This document shows positions 1 to 8,606 of a DNA stretch of 20,000 nt, piece by piece. This stretch comes from an uncultured virus (IMG/VR IMGVR_UViG_3300028797_000153) (Duplodnaviria; Heunggongvirae; Uroviricota; Caudoviricetes), in the IMG/VR virus record IMGVR_UViG_3300028797_000153. The stretch is one strand, 5' to 3'. How positions within the stretch are numbered: position 1 is the first letter of the stretch; the number at the start of each line of letters is the position of its first letter. Made by a program: the position numbers and the translations under genes. Below the pieces are notes generated by a model. That model ran no database searches. It had not been told where the DNA came from and saw nothing but the letters and a program-made list of their open reading frames with translations.

Positions 1-1
1 A

Positions 2-1543
2 AGCTTAAATGCTTCTGAAGAACAAAAAGATGCTGAAGAAGGTTCTGAACTTAAAACTGAAAATGAGTCTGAAAATTTAACACTTAATGAAGAAACTGTT
101 AATGAAGGTGTTGATAAAGATTTAGATGCAAAATTAAAAGCACATAATGATTATATTGCTTATCTTCAACAAATGATTAAGCAAGAAGAAGAAGCTTTAG
201 CAAAAGCAGACAATGAAGAAGTTAAAGCAGCTATTCAAAGAAGATTAGATGCTTTTGAACAAGATTTAAAAGATGCTTTGCCAGAAGCTGTTAAAGAAGA
301 AGCTGAAGTTGAAGAATTACCAACTCCAGAAGAAGCCGGAGCAGAAGAAGTTAAAGAGGAAGAAAAAGTAGAAGAAAGCTTAAATGAAAGTTTAAATAAT
401 TCAGAAGTCCAAGCAGAAGCTAAAGAAGAAAGTGAATTAGCAACTGAAAATGAATCTGAAGAAAAAACACTCAATGAAGATGTTTCTGAAATTGAATCAG
501 CTCTTACACAATTCTGCAACAGTTTAGATGAAAGCTGCGAAGGTGAAGAGTGTAAAGAATGCAAAGAAGATCTCAGCACTGAAATGAAATTAGCTGAATA
601 CGAAGCATCATTACCAGAATCATGTGCAGAAGGTAAAGACTGTAAAGAAGAAGTTTGCCCAAAATGTGGTAAAGCTCCTTGTGAATGTGAAAGCTTAAAA
701 GAAGCTTCTGCTAGTGAATTTGAAGTTTCTGATGCTGATTTTCACAAGATGATTAACAGCCAATCATTTAAAGATTTTAGTGAAGAATTAGAAGAACATA
801 TTAATGAAGAACATCCAGCAATTGAAAGTGAACAAGAATATCAAGGTGTTGATAATCAAGTAGTTCCTTGTGAAACAGAATTATTAATGACTCACTCTGA
901 AGATGAAAAACCATTAGATTGCAAAATGGAAAAACCAGCCCTTGAAGAGCCAGTTGCTGGTGAACAAATTGATGTTAAAATTACTGAGGATACATTAACT
1001 GAATCTCCATCTGATATCTGCAATATGGCTGTTTATAAAGATGTTATTAATAGAATTGAACATGCTGGTGAAAGTGCTGTTGAAGAAGATTTAGAAGATA
1101 AGCATGATGAAACAGCTGAAAAAGAAGAAACAGATAGTGCAGAAGAAGTTGATAAAGTTATTAAAACTTGGGAAAGCTTAGAAGATTTACATGAAGCTTC
1201 ATTAGATGATCATATTTCTGATTATTTAACTGAAGTATATTCTAATGTTGATAGCTTCCAAACAACAGCTTGCTCCCAAGAAGATAATAAATTAATTGTT
1301 GAAGGAAATATCTTATTCAAATCAGGCAATTCAAGAAAAACAACATTTGAATTTACCGAAAATAAAGAAGCTGAAAAAGAAAATGCCTCACAAGTTATTT
1401 ATGAAGGCTTAAATAAAGATTTCGCTGATGCTCCAGCATTTACTTTAAAAGGTATTGCTGAAGAAAACGGAAAAATTCTTGTTACAGAAAGCTTTGGCTA
1501 TAAATATACAATTAACAATACTTTAGTTGAAGGTTTAAAATAA
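2..1543 (+). CDS. Highly acidic putative prohead core/scaffold or internal head protein (5' truncated by window)
   Basis: Frame of ORF 173..1543 is open back to position 2, so the gene starts upstream of the window; ends TAA. Extremely Glu-rich, many (L/I/V)-x-E-(S/A/G) motifs, a Cys-rich patch and an internal 31-aa repeat; lies upstream of neck genes. Function is inferred. Confidence 0.6.
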   Translation, partial: SLNASEEQKDAEEGSELKTENESENLTLNEETVNEGVDKDLDAKLKAHNDYIAYLQQMIKQEEEALAKADNEEVKAAIQRRLDAFEQDLKDALPEAVKEEAEVEELPTPEEAGAEEVKEEEKVEESLNESLNNSEVQAEAKEESELATENESEEKTLNEDVSEIESALTQFCNSLDESCEGEECKECKEDLSTEMKLAEYEASLPESCAEGKDCKEEVCPKCGKAPCECESLKEASASEFEVSDADFHKMINSQSFKDFSEELEEHINEEHPAIESEQEYQGVDNQVVPCETELLMTHSEDEKPLDCKMEKPALEEPVAGEQIDVKITEDTLTESPSDICNMAVYKDVINRIEHAGESAVEEDLEDKHDETAEKEETDSAEEVDKVIKTWESLEDLHEASLDDHISDYLTEVYSNVDSFQTTACSQEDNKLIVEGNILFKSGNSRKTTFEFTENKEAEKENASQVIYEGLNKDFADAPAFTLKGIAEENGKILVTESFGYKYTINNTLVEGLK

Positions 1544-1555
1544 AAAGATACTTAT

Positions 1556-1591
1556 ATAGGACCGATACACAGTATTAGGCCCTATTTTATT
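1556..1591 (+). terminator. Putative intrinsic terminator
   Basis: Imperfect hairpin ATAGG-ACC-GATAC-aca-GTATT-AGGC-CCTAT running into a T-rich tail, directly after the stop at 1543. Confidence 0.5.
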
Positions 1592-1613
1592 AAGAAGCAA
1601 TGGGAGGCTATGT

Positions 1614-2123
1614 ATGTCTGATACACCAAATAACTATGGCATATTATTAAATAAAAATATTAAATTGCATAGAAACTGGTTTAAGCAAATGACAAAGCTT
1701 ATCGGTATCAACTGCATTTATAAAGCTCCACTACCTGGAAAACATTTTGACACACATGGTGATTTAGATGCTGACTACTTCCCAGGAAAATTAGTTGGCT
1801 GCATTTTTCAAGATCATCCAGACCAAAAAACATTAAAGAAAATGGGATGGGTCGCTGAATTACAAGAAGGCTCATCTGTTATCCATGTTCCATATGATTT
1901 ACCAGATTTACAAGTAGGCGCGCTTTTTATCGTACCTAGCGGAATAGACAATGCACAAGGCCGTGTTTTCCGTGTAATTAGTATGCAAAATATTATGGTT
2001 TATCCTGCTTCTATTGCCTGTGAAATTGCTCCTGAATATATTGATGATGTTGAACCAGTACTAACAAGAGACTTTGAAGATACTAATTTTACAATGCTTG
2101 TAGACCATGAGGAGGATGACTAA
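1614..2123 (+). CDS. Neck / head-closure protein (T4 gp14-like)
   Basis: GGGAGG RBS upstream; motifs 'LIGINCIY', 'TLKKMGW', 'PDLQVGALF' resemble the gp14/head-closure pattern (G..v.Y ... L.kfG ... P..GDLI); position before tail genes. Confidence 0.6.
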   Translation: MSDTPNNYGILLNKNIKLHRNWFKQMTKLIGINCIYKAPLPGKHFDTHGDLDADYFPGKLVGCIFQDHPDQKTLKKMGWVAELQEGSSVIHVPYDLPDLQVGALFIVPSGIDNAQGRVFRVISMQNIMVYPASIACEIAPEYIDDVEPVLTRDFEDTNFTMLVDHEEDD

Positions 2124-2124
2124 T

Positions 2125-3909
2125 ATGAATAAATTTATATTAAGTGAATTAGCCTCAAAGTTTATTTTAGCTGAAAAGTATATTTTAACTGAAGCGACTG
2201 CTGAAGAAAAAAATAAAGCTAAAGAAGCATATTTAAAAGCTAAGGATGCCTTTAATAAAATATATCCAAATGCAAAAACTTTCCTAGAAGAAGCAAACGG
2301 CTCTAAAGAATTAACTACTGATGAAAAGTTTATTAATGAAATTAAACCATTAGAAAAAGAAATTGCTGCTGGAACTATTACTGATGTTCTTGATTTAAAG
2401 AATAAAGGCAAAGAATATATTGATAAAGTATCAGCCAAACTAGATAAAATCCCAAACTTTGAAGAAAAATACCCACAAATTGACCAACTAGTTTTTGATA
2501 TTAAAAACCTTATTGAAAAAGGTAAAGATGAAGATATTAAAGGTAGACTTGGTAGTGAGGTTGAAAAACTTGGTGCAACTGTTGATGAAGTTTTTGGTAG
2601 CAGTGAAAAAGCTGATGCTGATAAAACAGTTAGCGAAAATGCATTAAAAAATCTTAATAATATAAATGATTTTGACATTTCTGCAGCATTAGAAGCTATG
2701 GATAATGGTGATGAAAAAGATGAATTAGCCAATGCTGTATATGGTGAATTAGGAAATATTACTACTATATTAACTGATATTACTAAAACTATTACTGATG
2801 CTGTTGGTAAAAAAGATACATCTGATGCTGCTTTAGCAGCTTTAAATGATGCACTTACTGACGCATATGATAAATTAAAAGAAAATAAAAAAGCCGCATC
2901 ATTAGCAGATTTAAGTAATAAAAATAAGAGTGCTGAGGAAAGTGAAGATGCTGCACACCTTATAGACCTATTAAAAGCTGCAAAGAATGATCCAAAAGCA
3001 TTTGAAGCTGCACTTATGTCAATATTAAAATTAGCTTTTGGTTCTAATGATGACCTAATTAACGCTATTTTAAAATTAAATGTTGATGGTGCTATTGCTG
3101 ATGAAATTATACATTATGGCCCAGATGCTAAACAAAATCCATTTTTATATTTCTTAGATAAAAACCAAGATTTATTAAAAAATGGTAGTATAACGCCTGA
3201 AAAATATAAGATAATTCATAATGCTTTTGTTAAAGGTAATGCTTCTGGAGTATTTGGTGATGCTGATTTAAGAGGTACTGGTAGATTTGGAAACTCTGAT
3301 ATTATTTTTAGCGGTTCACTTTATGACTATGGCCCAGATGATATTACTAAGTACTTTAATTTAAGGGAACAAGTAATTAACCTATTTAATGGCTCAACAA
3401 AATTTAGTAATGATTTATTAGCTGAAAAATATCAAAATAATATTAAAAACTTCTTTGCTGATTTAATGTATGAAGGCGGCGATTTATTTAACCCAAAAGG
3501 TAGTGCTGCTGGACCTTCTGCAAATAGACAACTTAAAGGACTTAAAGCAATTGAAGATGAATTAAAAAATTGTTTTGATGAAGAAGCACTTAAAAATAGC
3601 AAACCAAAAGGAACAACAGCTGTTAATGAAAAAGTTGTTAAAAGCTGGATTGAATCTCTTGGTGGTGATAAGAGAAAAGTTGGTCAACTTATCATCTACT
3701 TAGCAACAAGATTTGTTTCTGCTTCAAGTGCAAAAGCTGTTCAAGAACTTTTGGATAAATATGCCGAAACAAGAAAAGTCCCGCTTGATGCTGCTAATAT
3801 TGTACCACTTAGTACAACAATTGGGAAACCTGATATTACAGATAAAAATCTTGCTGATGTAATTAAACAGATTGCAGAAGCAGCAGGACTAGAAGGTGCT
3901 GGAGCTTAG
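2125..3909 (+). CDS. Hypothetical 594-aa helical protein, candidate internal head (ejection) protein
   Basis: GGAGG at 2111-2115 supports ATG 2125 rather than 2107; Ala/Lys/Asp/Glu-rich; N-terminus MNKFILSELASKFILAEKYILTEA; ends TAG. Confidence 0.6.
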   Translation: MNKFILSELASKFILAEKYILTEATAEEKNKAKEAYLKAKDAFNKIYPNAKTFLEEANGSKELTTDEKFINEIKPLEKEIAAGTITDVLDLKNKGKEYIDKVSAKLDKIPNFEEKYPQIDQLVFDIKNLIEKGKDEDIKGRLGSEVEKLGATVDEVFGSSEKADADKTVSENALKNLNNINDFDISAALEAMDNGDEKDELANAVYGELGNITTILTDITKTITDAVGKKDTSDAALAALNDALTDAYDKLKENKKAASLADLSNKNKSAEESEDAAHLIDLLKAAKNDPKAFEAALMSILKLAFGSNDDLINAILKLNVDGAIADEIIHYGPDAKQNPFLYFLDKNQDLLKNGSITPEKYKIIHNAFVKGNASGVFGDADLRGTGRFGNSDIIFSGSLYDYGPDDITKYFNLREQVINLFNGSTKFSNDLLAEKYQNNIKNFFADLMYEGGDLFNPKGSAAGPSANRQLKGLKAIEDELKNCFDEEALKNSKPKGTTAVNEKVVKSWIESLGGDKRKVGQLIIYLATRFVSASSAKAVQELLDKYAETRKVPLDAANIVPLSTTIGKPDITDKNLADVIKQIAEAAGLEGAGA

Positions 3910-3912
3910 TTT

Positions 3913-4242
3913 ATGTTATTTATTGCACAAAGCCATAAATATACACCAAAAGGACTTGTTAAAATAAAGATAAAAAGAATTGCTAAATATCATGTCTACC
4001 ATTGAAAATTATCTGGAAATGATATAGCAGTTGATAATTATTGTAAACAAAAATATAATAAATCATTAAAAGAAGTTTGTTGATATATTATTGATAAAAT
4101 AAAAGTATTTATAAGCAATGATGAAAATCAATATATTATAATACTTGAAGATAAAAATTTAGATAAGCTTGCCCATATAATCACTTATGGTAATGGTGAA
4201 ATTGGTGGAAGTCAAATATTACAAAAAGCATTTATATTCTAA
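3913..4242 (+). CDS. 109-aa putative neck/tail-completion protein (2 in-frame TGA; missing from ORF track)
   Basis: GGAG RBS at 3901, ATG 3913, TGA at 4003 and 4081, TAA 4240-4242; fills the gap exactly. C-terminus 'LAHIITYGNGEIGGSQILQKAF' resembles the (L/I)(E/T)YG motif of phage neck/tail-completion proteins. Confidence 0.7.
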
Positions 4243-4260
4243 GAAAGGGAGTAATCAAAT

Positions 4261-4938
4261 ATGGCAATAAGATATTATGATGATGCTATTATAAAAAAAT
4301 TACTACGCTGGGTACCAGAAAACCAGGGCCTACGTGTTTTAAAGCCAGATGAAACAAAAAGATTATTTGAAATAATTGCTGATGATACTAATGACAAACC
4401 AATTAGACTTCCATTCATTGCCCTTTCAAGAAATACAGATATTGAACTATTATCAAACATTAAACAAAACAAATCTTTTGATGGTTTATGATTAAATAAC
4501 AACAAACTTGACCTCAATAATAGAGTAATTGAAGAAAGTTCAAGCACAACAATATTCAATGTTATTCCAATTCTTCCACAATATCAACTAGATATTTATA
4601 CTAAAACTTATGAAGAAGCGGATGAATTATTAAGAAATATACTATTTAAATTAATTAATAATCCTGCAATTTATATTTCAATTCCTTATAATGGACAAAA
4701 TATAACGCACATTGCAAATATCAGAGTTTTAAGTGGTTTAGCTGATAATAGTGGTATTAATGAGCGTATATTTTCTGGCCAATTTACTAGATGAACAATA
4801 CAGCTTGAAATTCATGACGCCTTCCTATTCAGCATACCATATAGAAATAACTGAAGAATTGGTGAAAGTGCCCTCGAAGTGTCTGAAAAAATGGACTTAG
4901 ATGGCGAAATTGAAGTTGCATATAGCAATAAAAATTAA
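4261..4938 (+). CDS. Putative tail terminator / tail-completion protein, 225 aa (3 in-frame TGA)
   Basis: ORF 4261..4491 continues in frame through TGA 4489, 4792 and 4852 to TAA 4936-4938; 'LPFIALSR', 'PQYQLDIYTKTYEEADELLRNILFKL' match the tail-terminator pattern; lies immediately before the sheath. Confidence 0.75.
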
Positions 4939-4960
4939 TTAAAAGCAATTTAATAAATAT

Positions 4961-4975
4961 GCTAAATTAATTGAG
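4961..4975 (+). promoter_or_regulatory. Candidate late promoter motif GCTAAATTA (copy 1, upstream of sheath)
   Basis: GCTAAATTAATTGAG; the same 9-mer occurs in four intergenic positions. Confidence 0.6.
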
Positions 4976-5031
4976 TTATGAAAATATTATAACTTTTTAG
5001 AGACAGAAGTTAACAATAAGGAGAAATACAC

Positions 5032-6687
5032 ATGCCACAAATTGTTATTAGAGAACATGATAAAACAAAAGCCGGCCTTGGTACCTACTCAAATTTTTCT
5101 GTTTTAATTCCAGGATTTATCAGTTCAACTGCAGTTGCTACTGATTTATGGGATGATAACGATATTCTTGAGTTAAATAACCAAGCTGATTTTGAAAAAT
5201 ATATTGGCAAAGTTGCTGCTGATGTAAATCCACAAACTGCTGAAGCACCTGTATTCACATATCCAGAAGCATGGAGGGTGGAAGAAAAAGATGGTGACGT
5301 CGTTACCGCAGTTACATATAACATTACAGGAAAATTAACTGCTGATGAATTTTATGGAACATTCGGTGGAAGAGTTTATGAAAAAGTAGCTTGGGAAGCT
5401 GGTATAACACCATATGATGGTGAATTAGCTGTTGCAGCCACTGCTGAAGATGAAGTTGAAACTGATCCAGAAACAGGCGTTGTAACTACACATAAAGGAG
5501 CCGAACAAGGCCGTTATGTTAAAAGAACACAAGGTTGGAATGCAAATACAAACTATTGTATTATTGAGCCAGAAAATATTGGCCGTGATGCAAGAAGCGT
5601 TACACCACAAATTGGTAACCAAATTGCTTATGAATTATTAGGATTAGGTTATACTGTATTATATAAGAAAATTATTGCTGAAAATATTGCATTTAGTAAT
5701 AATGATGAAGAGTCAAGTGGCATTCAAATGTCAGAATATGATTTCTGGAGACCATTTGAAGATAAAGCAACCTATGATTTCAGATATGTAGTTACTGGAT
5801 TCTGCGGTGAAGATGATACTCAACCATATAAAGATGTTAATAGCAGAATTAGTGAATTAGCAAATGCTCGTGGCGATTGTATTGCTCTTGTTGATATTCC
5901 AAAAGAAGTTTATAAAACATACAGTAGCTGGAAATCCGATGTTATTGCTTATGCTAATGCATTAAGTAATGCTAATAAGTATACAGCTTTATTTATGCCA
6001 GTTGTTACATATGACATGAATAGTGATGCAACATATCAAAATGATACATTCCCAGCATACTTCCATTATTTACTTTGTGCAAGTGATGCATTTGTTAACT
6101 ATCCAGAATGGTTTGCTGTTGCTGGATATACTCGTGGTATTTCTTCTGTCTATAATATTAAGAGCACACAAATTAAACTTGGTGATGCTGCAATTAATGC
6201 ACTTGAACCAAGAAGCACAAGTGGTACTGGCAGATTAACAAAGGCTATCAATGTTGTTGCAAATATTAAAGGTACTTACTATTTATGGGGCAATAGAACT
6301 GCTCACTTACTTGGTACAACTGGTGATCCTGTTAATGGTGATCTTGTTGCAAGCCACTTCTTAAATATTAGACAACTTTGTACTACATTAAAGAAACAAC
6401 TTTATGTTGCATGCCGTAAGTTCACATTTGATCCAAATAGTGATACATTATGGGCAAACTTCTGTAATGCAATTACACCAACCCTTGATAAAATGAAAGC
6501 AAATCAAGGTATTGATGATTATAAAATTATCAAAGTTCCAACAGATACTAAAGCATTATTACAAGCTAAGATTAGAATTGTTCCAATTGAAGCTGTTGAA
6601 GATTTTGAAATTGACTTATACTTAGAAGATTCAATTTCTGGTGCTGATGTTGAAATTGATGAAGGAACTGTTGGTACAAATAACTAA
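5032..6687 (+). CDS. Contractile tail sheath protein
   Basis: AAGGAG RBS; 'RGDCIALVD', 'WFAVAGYTRG', 'LWGNRT', 'FLNIRQL', 'FTFDPNSDTLW', 'IVPIEAVEDFEI' are typical sheath C-terminal motifs. Confidence 0.93.
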   Translation: MPQIVIREHDKTKAGLGTYSNFSVLIPGFISSTAVATDLWDDNDILELNNQADFEKYIGKVAADVNPQTAEAPVFTYPEAWRVEEKDGDVVTAVTYNITGKLTADEFYGTFGGRVYEKVAWEAGITPYDGELAVAATAEDEVETDPETGVVTTHKGAEQGRYVKRTQGWNANTNYCIIEPENIGRDARSVTPQIGNQIAYELLGLGYTVLYKKIIAENIAFSNNDEESSGIQMSEYDFWRPFEDKATYDFRYVVTGFCGEDDTQPYKDVNSRISELANARGDCIALVDIPKEVYKTYSSWKSDVIAYANALSNANKYTALFMPVVTYDMNSDATYQNDTFPAYFHYLLCASDAFVNYPEWFAVAGYTRGISSVYNIKSTQIKLGDAAINALEPRSTSGTGRLTKAINVVANIKGTYYLWGNRTAHLLGTTGDPVNGDLVASHFLNIRQLCTTLKKQLYVACRKFTFDPNSDTLWANFCNAITPTLDKMKANQGIDDYKIIKVPTDTKALLQAKIRIVPIEAVEDFEIDLYLEDSISGADVEIDEGTVGTNN

Positions 6688-6707
6688 GGTAAAGGAGAAA
6701 ATAAATT

Positions 6708-7301
6708 ATGGCAAATTACGAACCAAGTTTATCAGGACAACACATTAGCTCAAATCTTGCTAATTATGAAGCAGCAAGAACTGGCTTCTTCTCATTCTTA
6801 GTAAATGATATCGACAATATTATCAGAGCAACTTATACTGGTGATAGAACAAAAGATATTCCAGCAAGTGATAAAATTGCAAATGCTCAACAATATCTTA
6901 AATTAAACGTTGTTAAAGCAGATGTCCCACACTTTAGCTTAGAACCATTACAATACAAACGTGGTAATGACACAATCAAGTTTGCTGGTACTCCAACATT
7001 TGATGCTGGTACAATTACAGTTGATGATGTCATTGGACTTGATACTAAATCAATCTTAATGGCATGGCAAGCACTTGCTTATGATGTATACTCACGTCGT
7101 GGTGGAAGAATGGTTGACTATAAGAAAGATTGTACTCTTATTGAATACACCCAAGATTTCCAACAAATTAGAAGCTGGAAGTTATATGGCTGCTGGATTT
7201 CTGATTTAAGTGAAGATGCATTTGATAAAGAAAATGATGGCAAACGTCAAATTTCTGCAACTATTCAATATGATAGAGCTGAAATGATTATGCCTCAATA
7301 G
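6708..7301 (+). CDS. Tail tube protein (T4 gp19-like)
   Basis: AAGGAG RBS; follows sheath; 'IKFAGTPTF', 'DYKKDCTLIEY', 'WKLYGCWIS', 'TIQYD' motifs. Confidence 0.9.
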   Translation: MANYEPSLSGQHISSNLANYEAARTGFFSFLVNDIDNIIRATYTGDRTKDIPASDKIANAQQYLKLNVVKADVPHFSLEPLQYKRGNDTIKFAGTPTFDAGTITVDDVIGLDTKSILMAWQALAYDVYSRRGGRMVDYKKDCTLIEYTQDFQQIRSWKLYGCWISDLSEDAFDKENDGKRQISATIQYDRAEMIMPQ

Positions 7302-7324
7302 TTATCAGCAAAATAACTTAATAT

Positions 7325-7357
7325 AAAAGGTTAAGCAAAGCTTAATCTTTTTATTTT
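7325..7357 (+). terminator. Intrinsic terminator after sheath-tube operon
   Basis: AAAAGGTTAAGC-aaa-GCTTAATCTTTT (12-bp stem with one G-U pair) running into TATTTT. Confidence 0.8.
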
Positions 7358-7366
7358 ACAAAATAG

Positions 7367-7388
7367 ATTTAATAAAAATTTAATAAAA
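7367..7388 (+). repeat. Tandem 11-bp direct repeat ATTTAATAAAA x2
   Basis: Exact copies at 7367-7377 and 7378-7388, upstream of the RHH gene promoter motif. Confidence 0.5.
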
Positions 7389-7405
7389 ATAAAAGCAATA
7401 AAATT

Positions 7406-7420
7406 GCTAAATTATATAGA
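7406..7420 (+). promoter_or_regulatory. Candidate late promoter motif GCTAAATTA (copy 2)
   Basis: GCTAAATTATATAGA, downstream of the terminator and upstream of RHH/chaperone genes. Confidence 0.6.
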
Positions 7421-7445
7421 AACTTGAAAGGAATAAAGTTGTAAT

Positions 7446-7607
7446 ATGGGAAGGATTAAATTAGACAGAAGCAACAAAGTAATGCAATCTTTTGAATCAT
7501 CTAAACCGCTTAAAGAACGACTTGAAAAAATTGCTCAAAAGAAAAATATTACTGTGTCTGCTTTAATCAGACAAATCTTAGAAAACTATATTGAAGAAAG
7601 GAATTAA
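7446..7607 (+). CDS. Ribbon-helix-helix (CopG/Arc-like) DNA-binding protein, 53 aa (missing from ORF track)
   Basis: MGRIKLDRSNKVMQSFESSKPLKERLEKIAQKKNITVSALIRQILENYIEERN*; 'L..IA.K.NITVSALIR.IL..Y' is the RHH helix pattern; GAAAGGA upstream. Confidence 0.8.
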   Translation: MGRIKLDRSNKVMQSFESSKPLKERLEKIAQKKNITVSALIRQILENYIEERN

Positions 7608-7608
7608 T

Positions 7609-8379
7609 ATGGAAATGGAGAGACAAGAAAATTACACAATTATGGAAGGTTATGAATTACCTTCTAAGGGCCTTATTTATGACAAAAAGGTCAATCCACA
7701 TGTTGAATTAAGAAGCATGACTGCAAGGGATGAAATGAAACGTTTATCCCCATCATCTACACCATTCAAAACACTTGCTGACATTATTGAAGGCTGCTTA
7801 ATTGAAAAGCCAGCAGTTCATGTTTATGATATGGCTATTGGTGATTATGAATATTTATTACATAAGTTAAGAATTGTTACTTATGGTGATGAATATAAAG
7901 TTGAATTACAATGTCCATTCTGTGGCGAAACATTTGATGCAATAACTCACTTAGAAGATATTGCTGTTAAAGATTTCGATCAAGAAAAATTTGAAAAACT
8001 TAGAAATTTAAAATTACCTAAGAGTGGTGATGATATTGTATTAAAATTCCAGACACCACATATTCTTGATGAAATTGATAGCAAAACACGTGAATATAAA
8101 CGTAAATATAAAGATGCTTCTATCAGTTTTGATCTATTAGCCATATTAATTTGTTCAATCGAGTCTGTTAATGGCGTTGAATATGCTGAGTATGATTTAG
8201 AAAACTATATTAATAAATTACCAGCTATGGATATGACAAAAATTATTAACACACTTGATGAGTTAAATAAATGCGTCGGTATCGAAAATGAATTACAAGT
8301 AACATGTAAACATTGTGGTGGCGACGTAAATACCTTTTTTCGCTTCGGGACCGAATTTTTTAGACCCTCAACTATCTAG
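7609..8379 (+). CDS. Tail/baseplate-hub assembly chaperone (T4 gp26-like), 256 aa
   Basis: GAAAGGA RBS before ATG 7609; 'YELPSKG', 'LRSMTARDE', 'DYEYLLHKLRIVTYG', two CxxC motifs (CPFC, CKHC), C-terminal 'EFFRP'; located between tube and tape measure. Confidence 0.8.
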   Translation: MEMERQENYTIMEGYELPSKGLIYDKKVNPHVELRSMTARDEMKRLSPSSTPFKTLADIIEGCLIEKPAVHVYDMAIGDYEYLLHKLRIVTYGDEYKVELQCPFCGETFDAITHLEDIAVKDFDQEKFEKLRNLKLPKSGDDIVLKFQTPHILDEIDSKTREYKRKYKDASISFDLLAILICSIESVNGVEYAEYDLENYINKLPAMDMTKIINTLDELNKCVGIENELQVTCKHCGGDVNTFFRFGTEFFRPSTI

Positions 8380-8584
8380 GGATGGTAAACCTTACGGTCC
8401 TAAAAGATTTAAGGAAATTATTAGGGAATGCTGGTATATAAGTGATAATTTACATACTAGCTATACAGATGTATTAGATTTAAGCTTTCAAGAAAGAGTT
8501 TATCTAATAGAATGTATTAATGAAAAGCAGGCAGCAACAAAAAAAGCTATTGACGAAATACAAGCAAAAAACAAGAGTAAATAG
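8330..8584 (+). CDS. Start-less ORF, probable frameshift extension of the chaperone (gpGT-like)
   Basis: +1 frame open from 8330 (after TAA 8327) to TAG 8582-8584 with no in-frame ATG/GTG/TTG; reads ...FLDPQLSRDGKPYGPKRFKEIIRECWYISDNLHTSYTDVLDLSFQERVYLIECINEKQAATKKAIDEIQAKNKSK*; overlaps two TTT TTT runs. Confidence 0.7.
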   Translation: MPFFASGPNFLDPQLSRDGKPYGPKRFKEIIRECWYISDNLHTSYTDVLDLSFQERVYLIECINEKQAATKKAIDEIQAKNKSK

Positions 8585-8598
8585 CTAAATTATACGAG
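8584..8598 (+). promoter_or_regulatory. Candidate late promoter motif GCTAAATTA (copy 3, upstream of tape measure)
   Basis: GCTAAATTATACGAG running into the GAGGT RBS. Confidence 0.55.
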
Positions 8599-8606
8599 GT
8601 ATTTTT

